The notes: generated by a model not told the origin, from the sequence alone. Counted from the first letter of the stretch, positions 23,753 to 37,227 are shown. The stretch is DNA of 64,000 bases from Carcharhinus amblyrhynchos (GCA_965287045.1 OZ336876.1:37014001-37078000), one strand, 5' to 3'. Numbers and translations: made by a program.

Positions 23753-24460
23753 ACATAGAACCATAGAAAATTATAGCTCAGAAACAGGCCTTTTGGCCCC
23801 TCTTGTCTGTGCCAAGTCCCACTGACCTGCACTTGGACCATATCCCTCCACACCCCTCTCATCCATGAACCCGTCCAAGTTTTTCTTAAATGTTAAAAGT
23901 AATTCTGCATTTACCACTTTATCTGGCAGCTCATTCCACACTCCCACCACTCTCTGCGTGAAGAAGCTCCTCCTAATATTCTCTTTAAACTTTCCTCCTT
24001 TCACCCTTAAACGAATCCTTCTGGTTTTTTTCTCCCCTAGCCTCAGTGGAAAAAGCCTGCTTGCATTCACTCTAGACCCATCAAAATCTTATACGCCTCT
24101 ATCAAATCTCCCCTCATTCTTCTACCCTCCAGGGAGTAAAGTCCTAACCTATTCAATCTCTGTAACTCAGCTTCTCAAGTTCCAGCAACATCCTTGTGAA
24201 CCTTCTCTGCACTCTTTCAACCTTATTTACATCCTTCCTGTAACTAGGTGACCAAAACTGTACACAATACTCCAAATTTGGCCTCACCAATGCCTTATAC
24301 AACCTCACCATAACACTCCAACTTTTATACTCGATACTCCGATTTATAAAGGCCAATGTACCAAAAGCACTCTTTACGACCCTATCCACCTGTGACATCA
24401 CTTTTAGGGAATTCTGTACCTGTATTCCCAGATCCCTCTGTTCAACTGCACTCTTCAGGG
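23753..24460 (-). mobile_element. CR1 LINE 3' fragment
   Basis: LYKALVRPNLEYCVQFWSP and FFTQRVVGVWNELP; (catagaa)n tail. Confidence 0.93.
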
Positions 24461-25148
24461 TAAACTCTGAAGAGTGCAGTTGAGGACAAAGATAATATTA
24501 TTGAAGGTGCTGCTAGAACATTAGCATACTCTTCTTTGGGATGTGGGTTCAATCCAATTAGAATCAAACAAATGAATGGAAGTGTCTTCTCTTTGATGAT
24601 TGTAAAGGTACAAGGTGAAAATAGTTTGATACATTGATATGTGTCCAAAGTATAAAATGTCCCCAATTTCGAATGAATTGGCTGTAAGTTTAGCCATCTC
24701 ACTTGGGCTGTTTGTAAAAATCTTGGTGAGGAAAATGAGAATGTCACGTTGTTACTTTAGACAATGCTTTTGAGGTTGAATAAAATAAACATTGATGGTG
24801 CAGCATAGAAGGAACTTTACCCAGCTAGTAACCTAAGTTTTTTTAACTTAGAACTTCCAGATGATAACACTAGCTGCTGGAAGTATGTAAGGATACTGAC
24901 TCTGGTGCTTGTTCACCTGGAAAGAACCAAACAAAAGCCTGGAAATAGATAATATAGAAACTTGGTTATTATTTACCAAGGCAAGGCAACAGACAATATA
25001 TGATGTCACTTAGACTTATTCTTGCATAGTTAAATGCAATTTCTTTTGTGTAACAACTTGTTGGAAGTGTGAACTGAGAAGTTTGCTGCAAGGGAAAGTA
25101 GGCAACTGGAATCTGAGTGAACTAGTGATCCAAGGATTCTGAAATTAA

Positions 25149-25284
25149 GGCCAGGATTGTCAGACCTCATCCACAGCTGGGATTCTTCAGTCCTGCTGCA
25201 GTGAATGGAGATTTGGCTGAACACCAAATTCTCCATTCTCAGTGGCAGTGATGGTAGGGTGTACAACATCAGAGAATTCCGGCC
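25149..25284 (+). mobile_element. GC-TIR MITE with TAA target-site duplication
   Basis: taa|ggccaggatt..gaattccggcc|taa; a TAA TSD is characteristic of PIF/Harbinger elements. Confidence 0.82.
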
Positions 25285-25532
25285 TAAGAGTGCAAAGGTT
25301 GAAAAGGATTGTAAACTGGAATGGATGAGTTCAGTGTCAAACCAGGCACTGAAATTGAAATAGAGAAAGAAAGATTGATTTGAAAAAGAGAGGAAAATTT
25401 TAATGCAAAGTAGGGTTGCAGCATCTACAAGTCTCTAATGCAGCTTTCACGTATCAGTAGGTAAAAGGATACTTCAAGTGTTCCACTCGTGTCATTGGAC
25501 CTAGATGGATCTAATTGACATTCTTTAAAAGG

Positions 25533-25893
25533 ACAGTGCAGAAGTAAGGGAGTGCTCCACTGGTGGAGATGCATTTTTGGGATGAGATGTTAAACAGAGG
25601 ACCTATCAATCTTCTCAGTGGACACAAAAGATCCTGTGGTGCTATTTTGAAGAGGAGTAGCATAATTATTGATCGTGCCTGGTCAGTATTTAACTCTCAA
25701 TCAACATTACAAAAACAGATTATCTGGTCATTATCACTTTGTTGTTTGTAGGAGTTTGCAATCTACAAGTTTACTGCCATTACATTACAAGTTACGTTAC
25801 AACAGCATTTCAAAGTGTTCATTGGTTGTAAGGAATGTTGAAATATCCAGTGATCATGAAAAGCACTATATAAATGCAAACCTTTCTTTCTTT
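25533..25893 (+). mobile_element. Deu-domain SINE (SacSINE1/AmnSINE1-like)
   Basis: ggatgagatgttaaacagagg..aaaagatcc..aaaacagattatctggtcattatcac..ctatataaatgcaa. Confidence 0.8.
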
Positions 25894-26419
25894 ACTACAA
25901 CATGGTAATCTGAAGAAAATGTACTACAATCTATCAGTTTAATGGTGTTTGTATAGTGTAGCTCCATTCCTCCCCAGCACACCAATAATCCTGGTAAGGG
26001 TTCCATTTCCTGCAAACTATAACTTGATTCAGGCAGTTCTTTCCAAATAAACAGTGCGCACTCGAATGATTTCTCTTTAGATAACTTCATACCTTCAAAA
26101 TGCTCTTCATCCTGTCAAACAACAACCTGCTTTGTTTAATTATGCTGGACATAGTTTGTGCATGTTGATTAGATTAAAGTACCTTTTTGTTTTTGTAAAT
26201 ACATTAGTATGGTAAAAAATCATTAACTTTTAATTGTTGATTATTGTCGAATAATAGGTCAAAGAAAAACTAAATTTGGGAACTGAAATTGGGAAAAACA
26301 CAATTGCTGGCAATGAAAACTATCACTATCCTCCTCCCAGTTCACAATACTTCCAAGCTTTGGATCAGCTGCAAGTTTTGAAACTGTGTCATGTTTATCC
26401 TAATCTAAGTCATTAACAC

Positions 26420-27290
26420 ATACATATGGATTAGGAACAGGAGTAGGCCATGTGGGCTTGGCTGCTATTTAATAAGATCATGACAGATCTGATTGTGACC
26501 ACAGCTCCACATTCCGCCTACCCCAATAACCTTTGACTCCCTTGTTAGTAAAGGACCTACCTACTTCTTCCTTAAATTATTCATTAACATTGCCCCCATC
26601 ACTTTATGGGAAGAGCATTCCAAGGCCCCTTTGAGAGAAAAGAAATTCTTTTAAACTCAGCTTAAAAAGGAGACCCCTTATCTTCAAACTGTGCTCCCTA
26701 GTTATAATATATCCCATTCTATTTTTTTAAAAAAATGGTCTTAGTCCTGATACCATTGTATGCCCTTTTCTAGTCTGAAAAACAACCATTTACTACTACT
26801 CTCTATCTCTGCCATAGAGTTGACTTCATATCCATGCTGTCACTGTTCCTTTTATTTTCTTTTATTTCAGGGACTTCAGCTTTTGGACGCCTTTTGGAAG
26901 TCCATATATACCACATCAACTGTATTACGCTCATCAACTCTCTGTTATCTCATCAATAAACTCAATCAAGTTAGTTAAACATGTTTTGCCTTTAATAAAT
27001 CCTCCTGTCCTTCCCTAACTAATCTACCCTGATCCAAATGCCTGTTAACTTTGCCCCAGATTATCATTTCTAAAGGTGAAACTGATTAGCCTGTAGTTGC
27101 TGAATGTACCTGTACTCTTTTTGAACAAAGGTGCAACAATTGGAATTCTCCAGTCCTGTGGCATCCCTTGCCCATATCCTGCCCCTTCTAATCAGGAAAG
27201 GAAAATTTGGCCAATCCCTGTGCAATTTCCACAAACTCCTTCAATATCCTTGGATGCATCATCCCTGGTTCTGGTGACTTGTCAACTTTA
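26420..27290 (-). mobile_element. Old CR1 relic with internal deletions
   Basis: ggaacaggagtaggcca..aataagatcatg tail; gacgccttttggaagtccatatataccacatcaactgt is antisense VDVVYMDFQKA. Confidence 0.7.
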
Positions 27291-28079
27291 AGTGTCAAAC
27301 AATAAGGGTCAAAAAATAAAATTGAATGGAAGCAAATGTGTAAATGACCAGAACATGCACAAAATACATAATTCAGTCTTTTAAAAATAGCTGATGATGG
27401 TGTGAGTTAATACTAAAAGGACTGGTTGAGATAAGAATTTTATTTTAACTCACTTTGACCCAAATGTTGAGCAGCGTAATTCCCCTCGTTTTAGTATCAC
27501 CTTGTATTTATTATATAGTGCAAACAAGTTTGAGGATTAGGAATATTAGATAAAATAATAAATTAGTTATGTGGGCAATAAACTTAATTTTTGAGTCTCT
27601 TAAAATATGTCACAAATACAACAACTGAAGAGGGCACTCAGTAGAGCCACATACCTCCATCACACTGTGTTAGCTAAAAATTATTGCAATTATGCAGCTC
27701 TTCCCTGAGGCTTTTTCCTGCCTAGTTGATACTCAGTAACTTCAAAACTAAAAAGGGAAATCTTTTTATTAAGAACTTCCACCTCACTGAAAAAACTTCA
27801 GGCCAGTCTACATCCAATAACCTACTCTAAAAACTTTGCCCACAGCTGTGACAAATTGCACCACAGCAACTGTATCTGCAACAACATTCTAAATTATCCA
27901 ACCTATAACATTCTAAAATAAAGTCAATTTGCCTATCTCCCAATATTTATTGATTTAAAAATTCCACAATCCAGATCCATACCCATATTTTCACCTAAAC
28001 TAATCAGTTCTTCCTTAGGCCACACTCTACCTGTGTACTAAGTTTTGTTGAAATCTGTTGATTAGATTTTGAGATACAT

Positions 28080-28228
28080 TGGAAAGGATTTTCCAACCCT
28101 TCCACTGGTAGGATCTTCCAGTCTCAATGAAGGCGACTTCCATGGCCAGCCAGCATGCACAAATGACTTTAGTGTAACTGGAAAATCCTGCCAAAAACCA
28201 GCCAATGGAGGAATGTAAAATTCTGTCT
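28080..28228. mobile_element. GC-TIR MITE, degraded
   Basis: ggaaaggattttcc..ggaaaatcctgcc..gtaaaattctgtc. Confidence 0.5.
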
Positions 28229-28629
28229 AATGTTAATGAGGCTGCTGCCTCATGTTATATATTATCTTTTACTCTGTGTGTTGGTGATGCAGATAGCTCA
28301 GAGAGGTCAAGTTAATGTGATAACATGCTCTCTCCACCTCCAACTGTATTAATCTCATTTTGCTCTCAGTGCCCTCATAAAACTCAAGCCTATGAGTGCC
28401 ATGATGTTATCACTCCATTTATCTTCAGCACATCTACAGTACCTTTTTCCTCTGGCATTTCTTCAAGCATCTTTTCTGTACTACTGTTTGTGGCACATTC
28501 TCAAAATATTTCAACTTCTGTCTGCCCACCAATTATAACATTCTGCCTGTGTTGTGAACTCTCACTTGTTGTAATACCCACTTATTGGTATATCCATTAC
28601 CTTTTCACCTTGAGCATCCCTTGGAAGCA

Positions 28630-29375
28630 CCAAGGTAGATCAGACCAGGGGAGGACTTACTCAGTTTGTGGTAGGATGTGGGGGAGAGTTATAGGAGAAA
28701 GAGATCTTGGAGCACAGGCTCATAGCTCCTTGAAAGTGGAATCACAGAGGGACAGGGTGGTGAAGAAGGCATTCAGCATGCTTGGTTTCATTGGTCAGAA
28801 CATTGAATACTGGAGCTGGGACACCTTTTTGAAATTATACAAGACATTGGTAAGGCCACACTTGGAATACTGTGTACAGTTTTGGTCACGCTATTATAGA
28901 AAACTAGAAAAAGTACAGGAAAGCTTTACTAGGGTGCTACCAGGACTTGATGATTTGAGGTTTAAGGAGAGGCTGGATAGACTGGGACATTTTTCCCTGG
29001 AGTGTAGAAGGCTTAGGGGTGATCTTATAGAGGTCTACAAAATAATGAAGGGCATAGATCAGCTAGATAGTCAATATCTTTTCCCAAATGTAGAGGAATC
29101 TAAAACTAGACGACACAGGTTTAAGATGAGAGGGGAGAGATACAAAAGGGTCCAGAGGGGCAATTTTTTCACACAGAGGGTGGTGAGTGTCTGGAATGAA
29201 CTGCCAGAAGTAGTAGTAGAGATGGGTACAATTTTGTCTTTTAAAAAGCATTTAGATATTTACATGGGTAAGATGGGTATAGACGGATATGGGCCAAACA
29301 CGGACAATGGGAACAGCTTGGTAGTAAAAATTGAGTAGCACAGACAAGTTGGGCCGAAGTGCCTGCTTCCATGCT
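28630..29375 (+). mobile_element. CR1 LINE 3' part
   Basis: ERDLGAQAH, LYKTLVRPHLEYCVQFWS, RRLRGDLIEVYK, FFTQRVVSVWNELP. Confidence 0.93.
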
Positions 29376-29660
29376 GGAATTAAACTCCATCTGCTATTCA
29401 TCAGCCCACTGACCCAATTGATCAAGCTCCCGTTGCAATCCTAGGTAGCGTTCTTCATTGTCTACTATTGTCATCTGCAAACTTATTAACCATGCCTCCT
29501 AAATTCTCATCCAAATCATTAATACAAATGACAATTAACAGTGGACCCAGAACCGATCCCTGAGACACACCGCTGGTCATAGACTTCCAGTTTGAAAAAC
29601 AACCCTCTACATCCATCCTCTGGCTTCTGTCATCAAGCCAATTTTGCATCCAATTGGATA
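29376..29660 (-). mobile_element. CR1 RT-core fragment in opposite orientation, the upstream continuation of 28630-29375
   Basis: SGVSQGSVLGPLL..INDLD..KFADD..QMEFN on the minus strand. Confidence 0.88.
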
Positions 29661-30336
29661 CCTGGTAACTACACCTACATCCTCAACATTGATTCTTTAT
29701 TTTGTGGCTCTTTTTAGCTCCAATCATTTTGCTCTTTTTCACATTTTAGGTTCAGATATTTGTTTTTTCCCCACATTGTTTATTTAGTTCACAATTTCTT
29801 CCAGCTTTTTCAGGCTTCCATCAATCAAGACTGTGTCACCAGCATACTTAAATTTGTTATCCTACACCTTCACAGCCTTATTTTCCAACATGATCATCTA
29901 ACACCTTTCACATAATGCTTTTTGCATACAAATTAAAAGGATAAGGAAAAAAACTGCATTCTGGCGTGTACATTGACCTATGTCAAACCATTTACTTACA
30001 CCATTGCTTTCCTTACTGCAATCTTTTGATTTTCATACGGTGATTTATTCAAGTGTACAGTGTGCTATGGAAACCCCATTCAACCATAATTGATCAAAGT
30101 TCTATATACTAAACAGTGCTTAATGTTATTGCATTGTCAATAAAGCAGAAATAAACACCTCAAATTCACTATAGTTATAGTCTAGCTTCACCCCTGTCAA
30201 CTGAACACCCAGAAGTTAAATAAAATCTAATTTGTGCCATTTTGGTGTTATTTCTTGCTAATGTATTCTGATGTATCTACAGTTCATTTCAAATATTTGA
30301 AAGATTTCATGTGGTAGAGAGCACTGAAAGATCAGA

Positions 30337-32428
30337 GGTTGGATTTTCAGTCGAGGATCAGGAATCCAACATATGGATCATTTCTGGGTCCCAAACCCAT
30401 GTTGTGTCATTGTCAGCAATGCAATACAATTTATCAATGCAAAGAACCTAATTGGCCTGGAGATGAGTTCAGTGGCCAGTTAGCGACCCTAGGAGAAGCC
30501 AGGAGGCAGGTGAGACCTGGTAACTGAGGGCCCTTTGAAAAGGTAAAAAGCCTTTGTGGGTACTCTTTGTCCCCGAGAGGCCAACCTTGGATCACGTGCA
30601 ATCCCTCAAACATCTCCAGGATCTGCTATCTACTCAAAATGTATGAGCTTTGGATGTTTCCTATATATCTGGCACAAACCTACAGGATTTATTTGTTATG
30701 GTTGCACACCAACTGTATATTGAGGGAGTGGAAGCCATTCCTGTTTATATATTGTAGGGCCTGCTACCAAGGAGATTTGATAACTACACGTAAGCAGTCA
30801 ACGGCACCCTGCATCAGTGGAAACCCAGAAACCTCAGCAAAGGCCAGTGCTTTGGCGTCATGGTATACCTGATCTCTTTGAAACAGATGGAATTGTGGAC
30901 TTTGGCAAAAGGGCATGTGTGATCTCATGTATGTTTGTGGATGCCTAAGAAATCCTATAAGATCCCCAGTTGAGCCCTGGAAGTAACCAGTGGCTACTCA
31001 TGGGTCTCCTAATATCCCAGCAGCGAGTGGAGCTGCCATTCATTCTGTGTCAGGTGTCATTGGCTGCAGCCAGAGGCGGGACGAAAGGAGAGAGGGAAGT
31101 GGAAACCTCTTGGTGGAGGGCAACCAACCTACGACTCCAAATCTCCACCCTCCCGAGTAAATGGTCATGATTGACAAAGAATCATGTAGTTTGCCTTTCT
31201 ATGCTGCCAATGCAATAGTTTTGAGGGCATTGGAGGCCTGAGGCTTCTTGCACATGACTCTCATCACTCTCTCATTACCAAACAGCAATGTCTCTAAATG
31301 CAGTCATGTATGAATGGAGGAAACCCATCACTGGTCCTCCAGCATGTCCTTTAACTGGAAGGGGTAGTGTGGGGTGCCAGGCCTAAATGGAAGCCAGGTG
31401 AAGAGTTTAACAGCTGCTTTCTAGCTTTGAGACATGCTCACTTAATGCAGCACCTCAATTTTCATTCACATATCCATGAAGCATCGATGATGCAGGCTTC
31501 TGGCACTCATCCGGACAAGGAGCAGGAGGTCTCATTGTGGGTTTGCATAGGACCAGGAGGAGGTAAGGCCTGAACAACAAGAGGCAGGAGGGCCTCAATA
31601 AGATCAGGAGACTGGTGAACATGGTGCACTGCAATGTCGAGTATTGACCTGAGCATGAGTCTGTTGCTCACGGCATTCTTATCTAGAGATGAGCAAATCC
31701 AGAGATGCCCTTGCTTGTCCCAGGGTGTAGCTGAGAGTGAATGTCTTCTCAGGTTCCCTTTGACCCCATAAGTTCATGGCAAGGCAGGTAATTTCCTGCC
31801 TGCCCTGATTTGTTGAGCATCTTGCGGCTGCTTAATTAATGAACTAATAAGTGGAGGATCATGCATGTTCTTCCTTGTACAACCTACAGGGAATGGTACG
31901 GTGGCACAGTGGTTAGCACTGCTGTCTCACAGTGCCAGGGACCTGGGTTCAATTCCAGGCTCGGGTAACTGTCTGAGTGGAGTGTGACTGGTAAGTAGTT
32001 TCTCTTCTTTTGGGTGACACGGCACCACAGTGGTTAGCACTGCTGCTTCACAGCTCCAGGGACCTGGGTTTGATTCCCGGCTTGGGTCACTGTCTGTGTG
32101 GAGTTTGCACATTCTCCTCATGTTTGTGTTGGTTTCCTCTGGGTGCTCCGGTTTCCTCTCACGGTCCAAAGGTGTGCGGGTGAGGTTGATTGACCATGCT
32201 AAAATTGCCCCGTAGTGTCCTGAGATGTGTAGGTTAGAGGGATTAGCAGGCACATATGTAGGGATATGGGGGTAGGGAATGGGTGGGATTGTGGTCGGTG
32301 CAGACTCAATGGGCCAAATGGCCTCTTTCTGCACTGTAGAGTTTTTATGATTTCTATGATTTCTTTGAATCATAGAAATTCCTCATCTGCTATCAAGCTT
32401 ATTCTTCAGAATGGAAAATTCCACCCCA
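30337..32428. mobile_element. Large degraded GC-TIR element (Harbinger-like) containing two SINEs
   Basis: Left ggttggattttc, right ggaaaattccaccc; interior GC is higher than the flanks. Confidence 0.45.
31893..32365 (+). mobile_element. Tandem SINEs: truncated head (31893-31985) and full HE1-like copy (32012-32365)
   Basis: Two consecutive gtggttagcactgctg..gggacctgggtt heads. Confidence 0.88.
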
Positions 32429-32431
32429 TAT

Positions 32432-32575
32432 TTTTACAGGGAACCAGCAGACCATCAAAGAACGCCCTCTGGAGGGAATGGGAGCAGATGCTCAGGGGGG
32501 TTAATGCAAGGAATCTGACACTGAGCACCTGGCATCAGTGCTGGATAAAGTTCCATGACTTAATGCATCTCTGAA
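32432..32575 (+). pseudogene. Myb/SANT-like (MSANTD/NAIF1-type) Harbinger DNA-binding ORF relic
   Basis: RPSKNALWREWEQMLRGVNARNLTLSTWHQCWIKFHDL fits W..V...VNA.....R.W.QC.KKFNDL. Confidence 0.65.
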
Positions 32576-33606
32576 GGATATCTCATACCAACCATAGTCG
32601 CAACCTCTCACGCTGCTCAATGCATTACATGCCTGTTATTTACCAGTCAGCAATCCCTAGCACTCAGAACTCACACCTTACATTCACATGTTCCACCTGA
32701 TTCTTACAAACCCTCCAATGATGCCAGCCTCATGCCCACCTCTTGGTGTTTCCAGCCGTTCAACCTATGCAGGCAATCACCTAAAGACAGTGCTACACAA
32801 TCACCAATATATTTACCTCACAATAAAAATGTGGGAATTTTATGTCTTGTTCCTGAGGCTGCTATTGAAATCAATGACCTATACATGCTGACATTGACCT
32901 AGGGTCTCATTCGGATTGATGCCAGCTGTTAGCTGCTGAAAGGAGCACTGAGGGAGTACTGGCCAAATTCCTGGGCATTCCTTCAGTCCTGTCCCAATGA
33001 AGGTACAAGAAGACTTTTCCTTAACCTTATTCACCAATTCTGTCTCGTTTCTGATCTCTGATACATTGCAGCTTGAATAAACATGCTGTATTATCCTGGC
33101 AACGTGCACTTCATTGAATTGTTCACGGAGATTGTTCCCAGAAAACGTTCACTAAATTCCTAAGTTCCAGATATTGAAGTTAACCCTTCAAGAGAGTTGA
33201 CTTGGCTGAAGTTGTTTGATTGCATGATCCATGTTTTCCGCATTTACTGTATGTATTCATCCTCCTTAATTACAACAAATCCAGCTCCAATGTTAAGAAA
33301 TGTGTAATAGATCACAACAACTAACCTCACAGATGGTCTTTTCAGTTCTGTTCATTGATTTTCAGGTGTTAACCAAACAATCTGCTTGTTCTGGTTAATA
33401 AAATGTCACAGTACACAACTGTTCCCTGAAGGTCAGGTATCTTTCAGTCAGATTTTTATGGAGGGTTTTTATAAATGAAATATTTATTGAGCTTGACTGC
33501 AGTAAGAAGCACAATGGAGGGAAGATTCATAGAATGTTAAACAGGTAAATGTAAAGCTTCACTGCACATCTTTCTTTCCGAACCACCAACATTTTCATTT
33601 GCGGTT

Positions 33607-34518
33607 AGAACATAAGAACATAAGAACATAAGAAATAGGAGCAGGAGTAGGCCATCTAGCCCTTCGAGCCTGCCCCGCCATTCAATAAGATCATGGCTGA
33701 TCTGTCGTGGCTCAGTTCCACTTTCCCGCCCTCTCCCCATAACCCTTAATCCCTTCTCTTATCAAAAACCCATCAACCCGCTTCTTAAAAATATTTAGCG
33801 AGGCAGCCTCCACCACTTCAACGGGCAGAGAATTCCAGAGATTCACCACCCTTTGAGTGAAGAAGTTCCTCCTCAACTCCGTTCTAAACCGCCTCCCCTT
33901 TATCTTGAGGCTGTGCCCCCTAGTCCTACTGTCTTTTTTGAGCGGGAAGAGTCTCTCCACCTCTATCCTATCCATCCCATTCATCATCTTATAAGTCTCA
34001 ATGAGATCTCCCCTCATTCTTCTAAACTCTAACGAGTACAAGCCTAGTTTATTCAGCCTCTCCTCATAGCTCAATCCCCTCAACTCCGGTATCAGCCTAG
34101 TAAACCTCCTCTGCACTCCCTCCAGGGCCAAAATATCCTTGCGCAGGTGCGGCGCCCAAAACTGCACACAGTACTCCAGCTGCGGCCTCACCAATGCCCT
34201 ATACAGCTGCAGCAAGACCTCCCTACTTTTATATTCAATCCCCCTCGCTATGAAGGCCAGCATCCCATTCGCCTTCCTGACCACCTGCTGCACCTGCAAG
34301 CTGGGTTTTTGCGATTCATGCACAAGGACCCCGAGGTCCCTCTGCACCGTCGCCTGCTGCAGTTTTTCGCCACGTAAGTAATAGTCCTTCCTACCATTCT
34401 TCCTACCAAAGTGGACCACCTCACACTTGCCAACATTAAATTCCATTTGCCATTTCCTGGCCCATTCACCCAGCCTATCTAGATCCTTCTGCAGACTCTC
34501 CACACCCTCCGCACAATT
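33607..34518 (-). mobile_element. Young CR1 LINE, 5'-truncated, open ORF2 C-terminus
   Basis: Uninterrupted frame 33712-34518, (aacataag)n tail, about 95% identical by eye to 38399-39300. Confidence 0.97.
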
Positions 34519-34824
34519 AAGGAAATTATACATTGAAAAGAGATTAGCCAGAAAAAGAGTACTCAAAATGACATTTAATCAAATTGATAAACCTCATAAC
34601 TTCTACTATTGGTGGAGTAAATGTGCCTTCTTTGCTAGTGTATCAATAAACCACACTCGGCAACATTTGACAGCAAATGTCTTTTTTATGTTGTGGAATT
34701 ATCTTAATTTCTTTAATTGTTGGAGAACCTGAGTATAATTTCTATAAGCCCAAGTTATACGACCAAACAATGGTTGTACTTTGTTCAGCTCAGTCTTTGA
34801 CTAATCAAAAGAGTATTTGAAGAT

Positions 34825-35082
34825 CAGGATCAGATACATGGGAACACCACCACTTGTAATTTCCCTTCCAGGTCACTGGTCATCCTGACCTGGAATTATA
34901 TCGCCATTCTTCATTGTCACTGGGTCAAAATCTTGAAACTCCCTCCCTAATAGCACTGTGAGTGTTCCTACACCCCAGGGCCTGCAGCTGTTCAAGAAGG
35001 CACACACCACCAACTTCTCAAAGGCAATTAGGGACGGATAATAAATGCCAGCAAAGCTCACATCCCTCGAATGAATAAAAAA
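34825..35082 (+). mobile_element. 3' tail of the CR1-group LINE family
   Basis: catgggaacaccaccac..aatgaataaaaa matches 500-715 and 54700-54940. Confidence 0.8.
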
Positions 35083-35104
35083 CAGCTCTGAATTCCAACA
35101 ATAA

Positions 35105-35722
35105 GGTCATGATTTACTGGGTAGCAGTGATCTCCACACTCTGAGATGCCTCGGAGACTTGAACAACACACAACAGGCACCTCAAAGCACTACATGGAGA
35201 AATACCACAGGATCTTCCAAATGTGGTGACAAGAAATGTGGTCAAACAGCAGCATCCATTCCAAGCCAATATGCCCGACATGCGGATGTTAACCACTCAA
35301 AACCAACACCGCTGGGCAGGGTATCTTGTTTGTATACCCAATGCCAGTGTCTCAAAGCATTTGCTCTACCCAAAACTAGTTGCAGCAGGAAAACAGTGGA
35401 AAAACTTTTGGGATGTCCTCAAAGCATCTGTGAAGAGGTCAAACATCCCTGCCAACTCATGGGAGACCCTGGCTGTACTGACCAAAATAGAGAAGGCCCA
35501 TTCAGGAAGGCACTGAACACTTTGTTGGGAACGTGTAGAGATGGAGTTGAGGCACGGAGAGTGTGTAGAAACCTCTAAACAACCCATTTGCCCAATCTTT
35601 CAAGCACCAATTACTCCTCAAGTGGCAGAGTCTGTACATAACACATTGGACTTATCAGCAATCTGAGAAGCTATCAGACCAGAGTGGAAGCAGCTCATCC
35701 CCAATCCTAAGTGACTGCCTAA
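35105..35722 (+). mobile_element. RTE-clade LINE 3' relic
   Basis: QNQHRWAGYLVCIPNASVSKHLLY..QWKNFWDVLKASVK resembles QLRWAGH..RMP..RLPKQLLY..QRKRF.D.LKASLK. Confidence 0.75.
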
Positions 35723-35754
35723 AGACTGAAGTTATAATACAAAGCTGTTATTGG

Positions 35755-36058
35755 AACGTAGAAATTAAACAAGAAGTAGGCAAATTCAGCCCTTCAAGCC
35801 TGCTCTGCCATTCAATCAGATCATGGCTGATCTCTCCTTGATCTCAAATCCACCTCCCCACCTGTTCCCCACATCCCTTATCCCGTTTTTATTAGAAATG
35901 TATCTATTTCCTTCTTAAAACCATTCAAAGATTCAGACTCCACCGCGCTATAGAGCAGTGAGTTCTACAAGTTCACTACCCTCGGCGAGAAGTAGTTCCT
36001 CCTCATCTCGGTTTTAAATCTACTGCCTCTCAACCTATATCTGTAACATCTTGTTTTA
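35755..36058 (-). mobile_element. CR1 3' fragment
   Basis: gcctgctctgccattcaatcagatcatggctgatc tail, followed by the antisense ORF2 end. Confidence 0.85.
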
Positions 36059-36244
36059 GTTATAACCTACGGTAATCTTGCTCTGGACCCCATTTTAGGT
36101 AGAGTCTCAACACAAATCCAACTTTGCCAAAATCCTAATAAGATGCCACCAAACACAACCACATATTAAAATTGGTGTTTACAGCAGAAACATTAAGGAA
36201 AATCAAATAAAATATTCTCAGCAGAAACTCTGTACTAAGATCAT

Positions 36245-37227
36245 TGGCTGAATTTTACCAAGTGTGTCATAATCCTGATGGCAGCCTCCATTCTGGGTCA
36301 GAAGCTCATTAGTGGCTGAGGCTGGATTTTGGATGCAACCTTATTGCAGGCAGCTATTTATGGAGCTGTTTCAGAGACTCCTATCTAATTAGGGACAGAG
36401 GCCGGGTTTCAGCATCAGACAGCCTGTTAGGCAACTGTGTAGGTCTGCCAGCTGCCTTGGCAGTGTGGCCATTATGCAACGCTAGCAGAAGGGCATCATT
36501 GGTGTCTTCAGAAGGAGTGAAGCATTGCAGCAAGAACTACAGTTGCAGACTCAAGTGTCTCTATGAAGCAGTTGCAATGGCATGACTTTGCTTGGGGGGG
36601 CCTGGGGTTTTGATTTTCAGTTCAGGGTTCAGAAATTGACACACACATAATTTCTAGCTCCTGACTCTGTGCCGCGTCTCTATCACTGATGTGATGTAGG
36701 CATCAAATGTAAATGCCTAAATCAGCCTGTGGCATGCACAGTGCCCAATCAGTGATGCTGAGCATTACCAGATGGCAGAAACTGCCAACTAATTGGCAAA
36801 AGCAGGTGGCATCCATGTTGGGACCTGCTTCTGCCGTGCAGAGTAGAAGATGCAGCACCTTGGCACCACAGATGGAAGTGGTTGAGCAGCCAAATGTGTG
36901 CGATCCAGAGTAGGAACCCCAGTTCCCAAAAAAAATCATTAGAATTGTCTTAAATGTCTGCCCCCATTCAACCCAATAGCTGTGGATTAATGTGCACCAG
37001 ACTGTTCAAGCTGGATGTTTTACAAATTGAAAATTGCTTTTTAGCCCTTCCCTGTTAGCAAGGTCCGCAAGGAACTAAAAAGGCCTTCAAATGCAGGCAA
37101 GTGTGTTCCTGGCTCCCCCGGCTCTCACTTTGAAAATCCCAGAGATGTCAGGACATGAATACACCATCCAGGAGCACTATTCCCAAAGTGCACGTTCTCC
37201 TGTTCTGGGAAATAAAAATACCAGCCC
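36245..37227. mobile_element. ~1-kb GC-TIR element (Harbinger-like, non-autonomous)
   Basis: Ends tggctgaattttac and aaaataccagccc are approximately inverted and match the family TIR. Confidence 0.5.

Noticed and set aside
28325-29338. 337-aa ORF as a novel gene
   Set aside because: The C-terminal ~235 aa is CR1 ORF2. The N-terminus is stop-free pyrimidine-rich flank with no recognisable domain, so this is likely a chance fusion.
32870-33260. Coding-looking stretch (76-aa minus ORF)
   Set aside because: Stops in the flanking frames and no motif I recognise; needs blastx.
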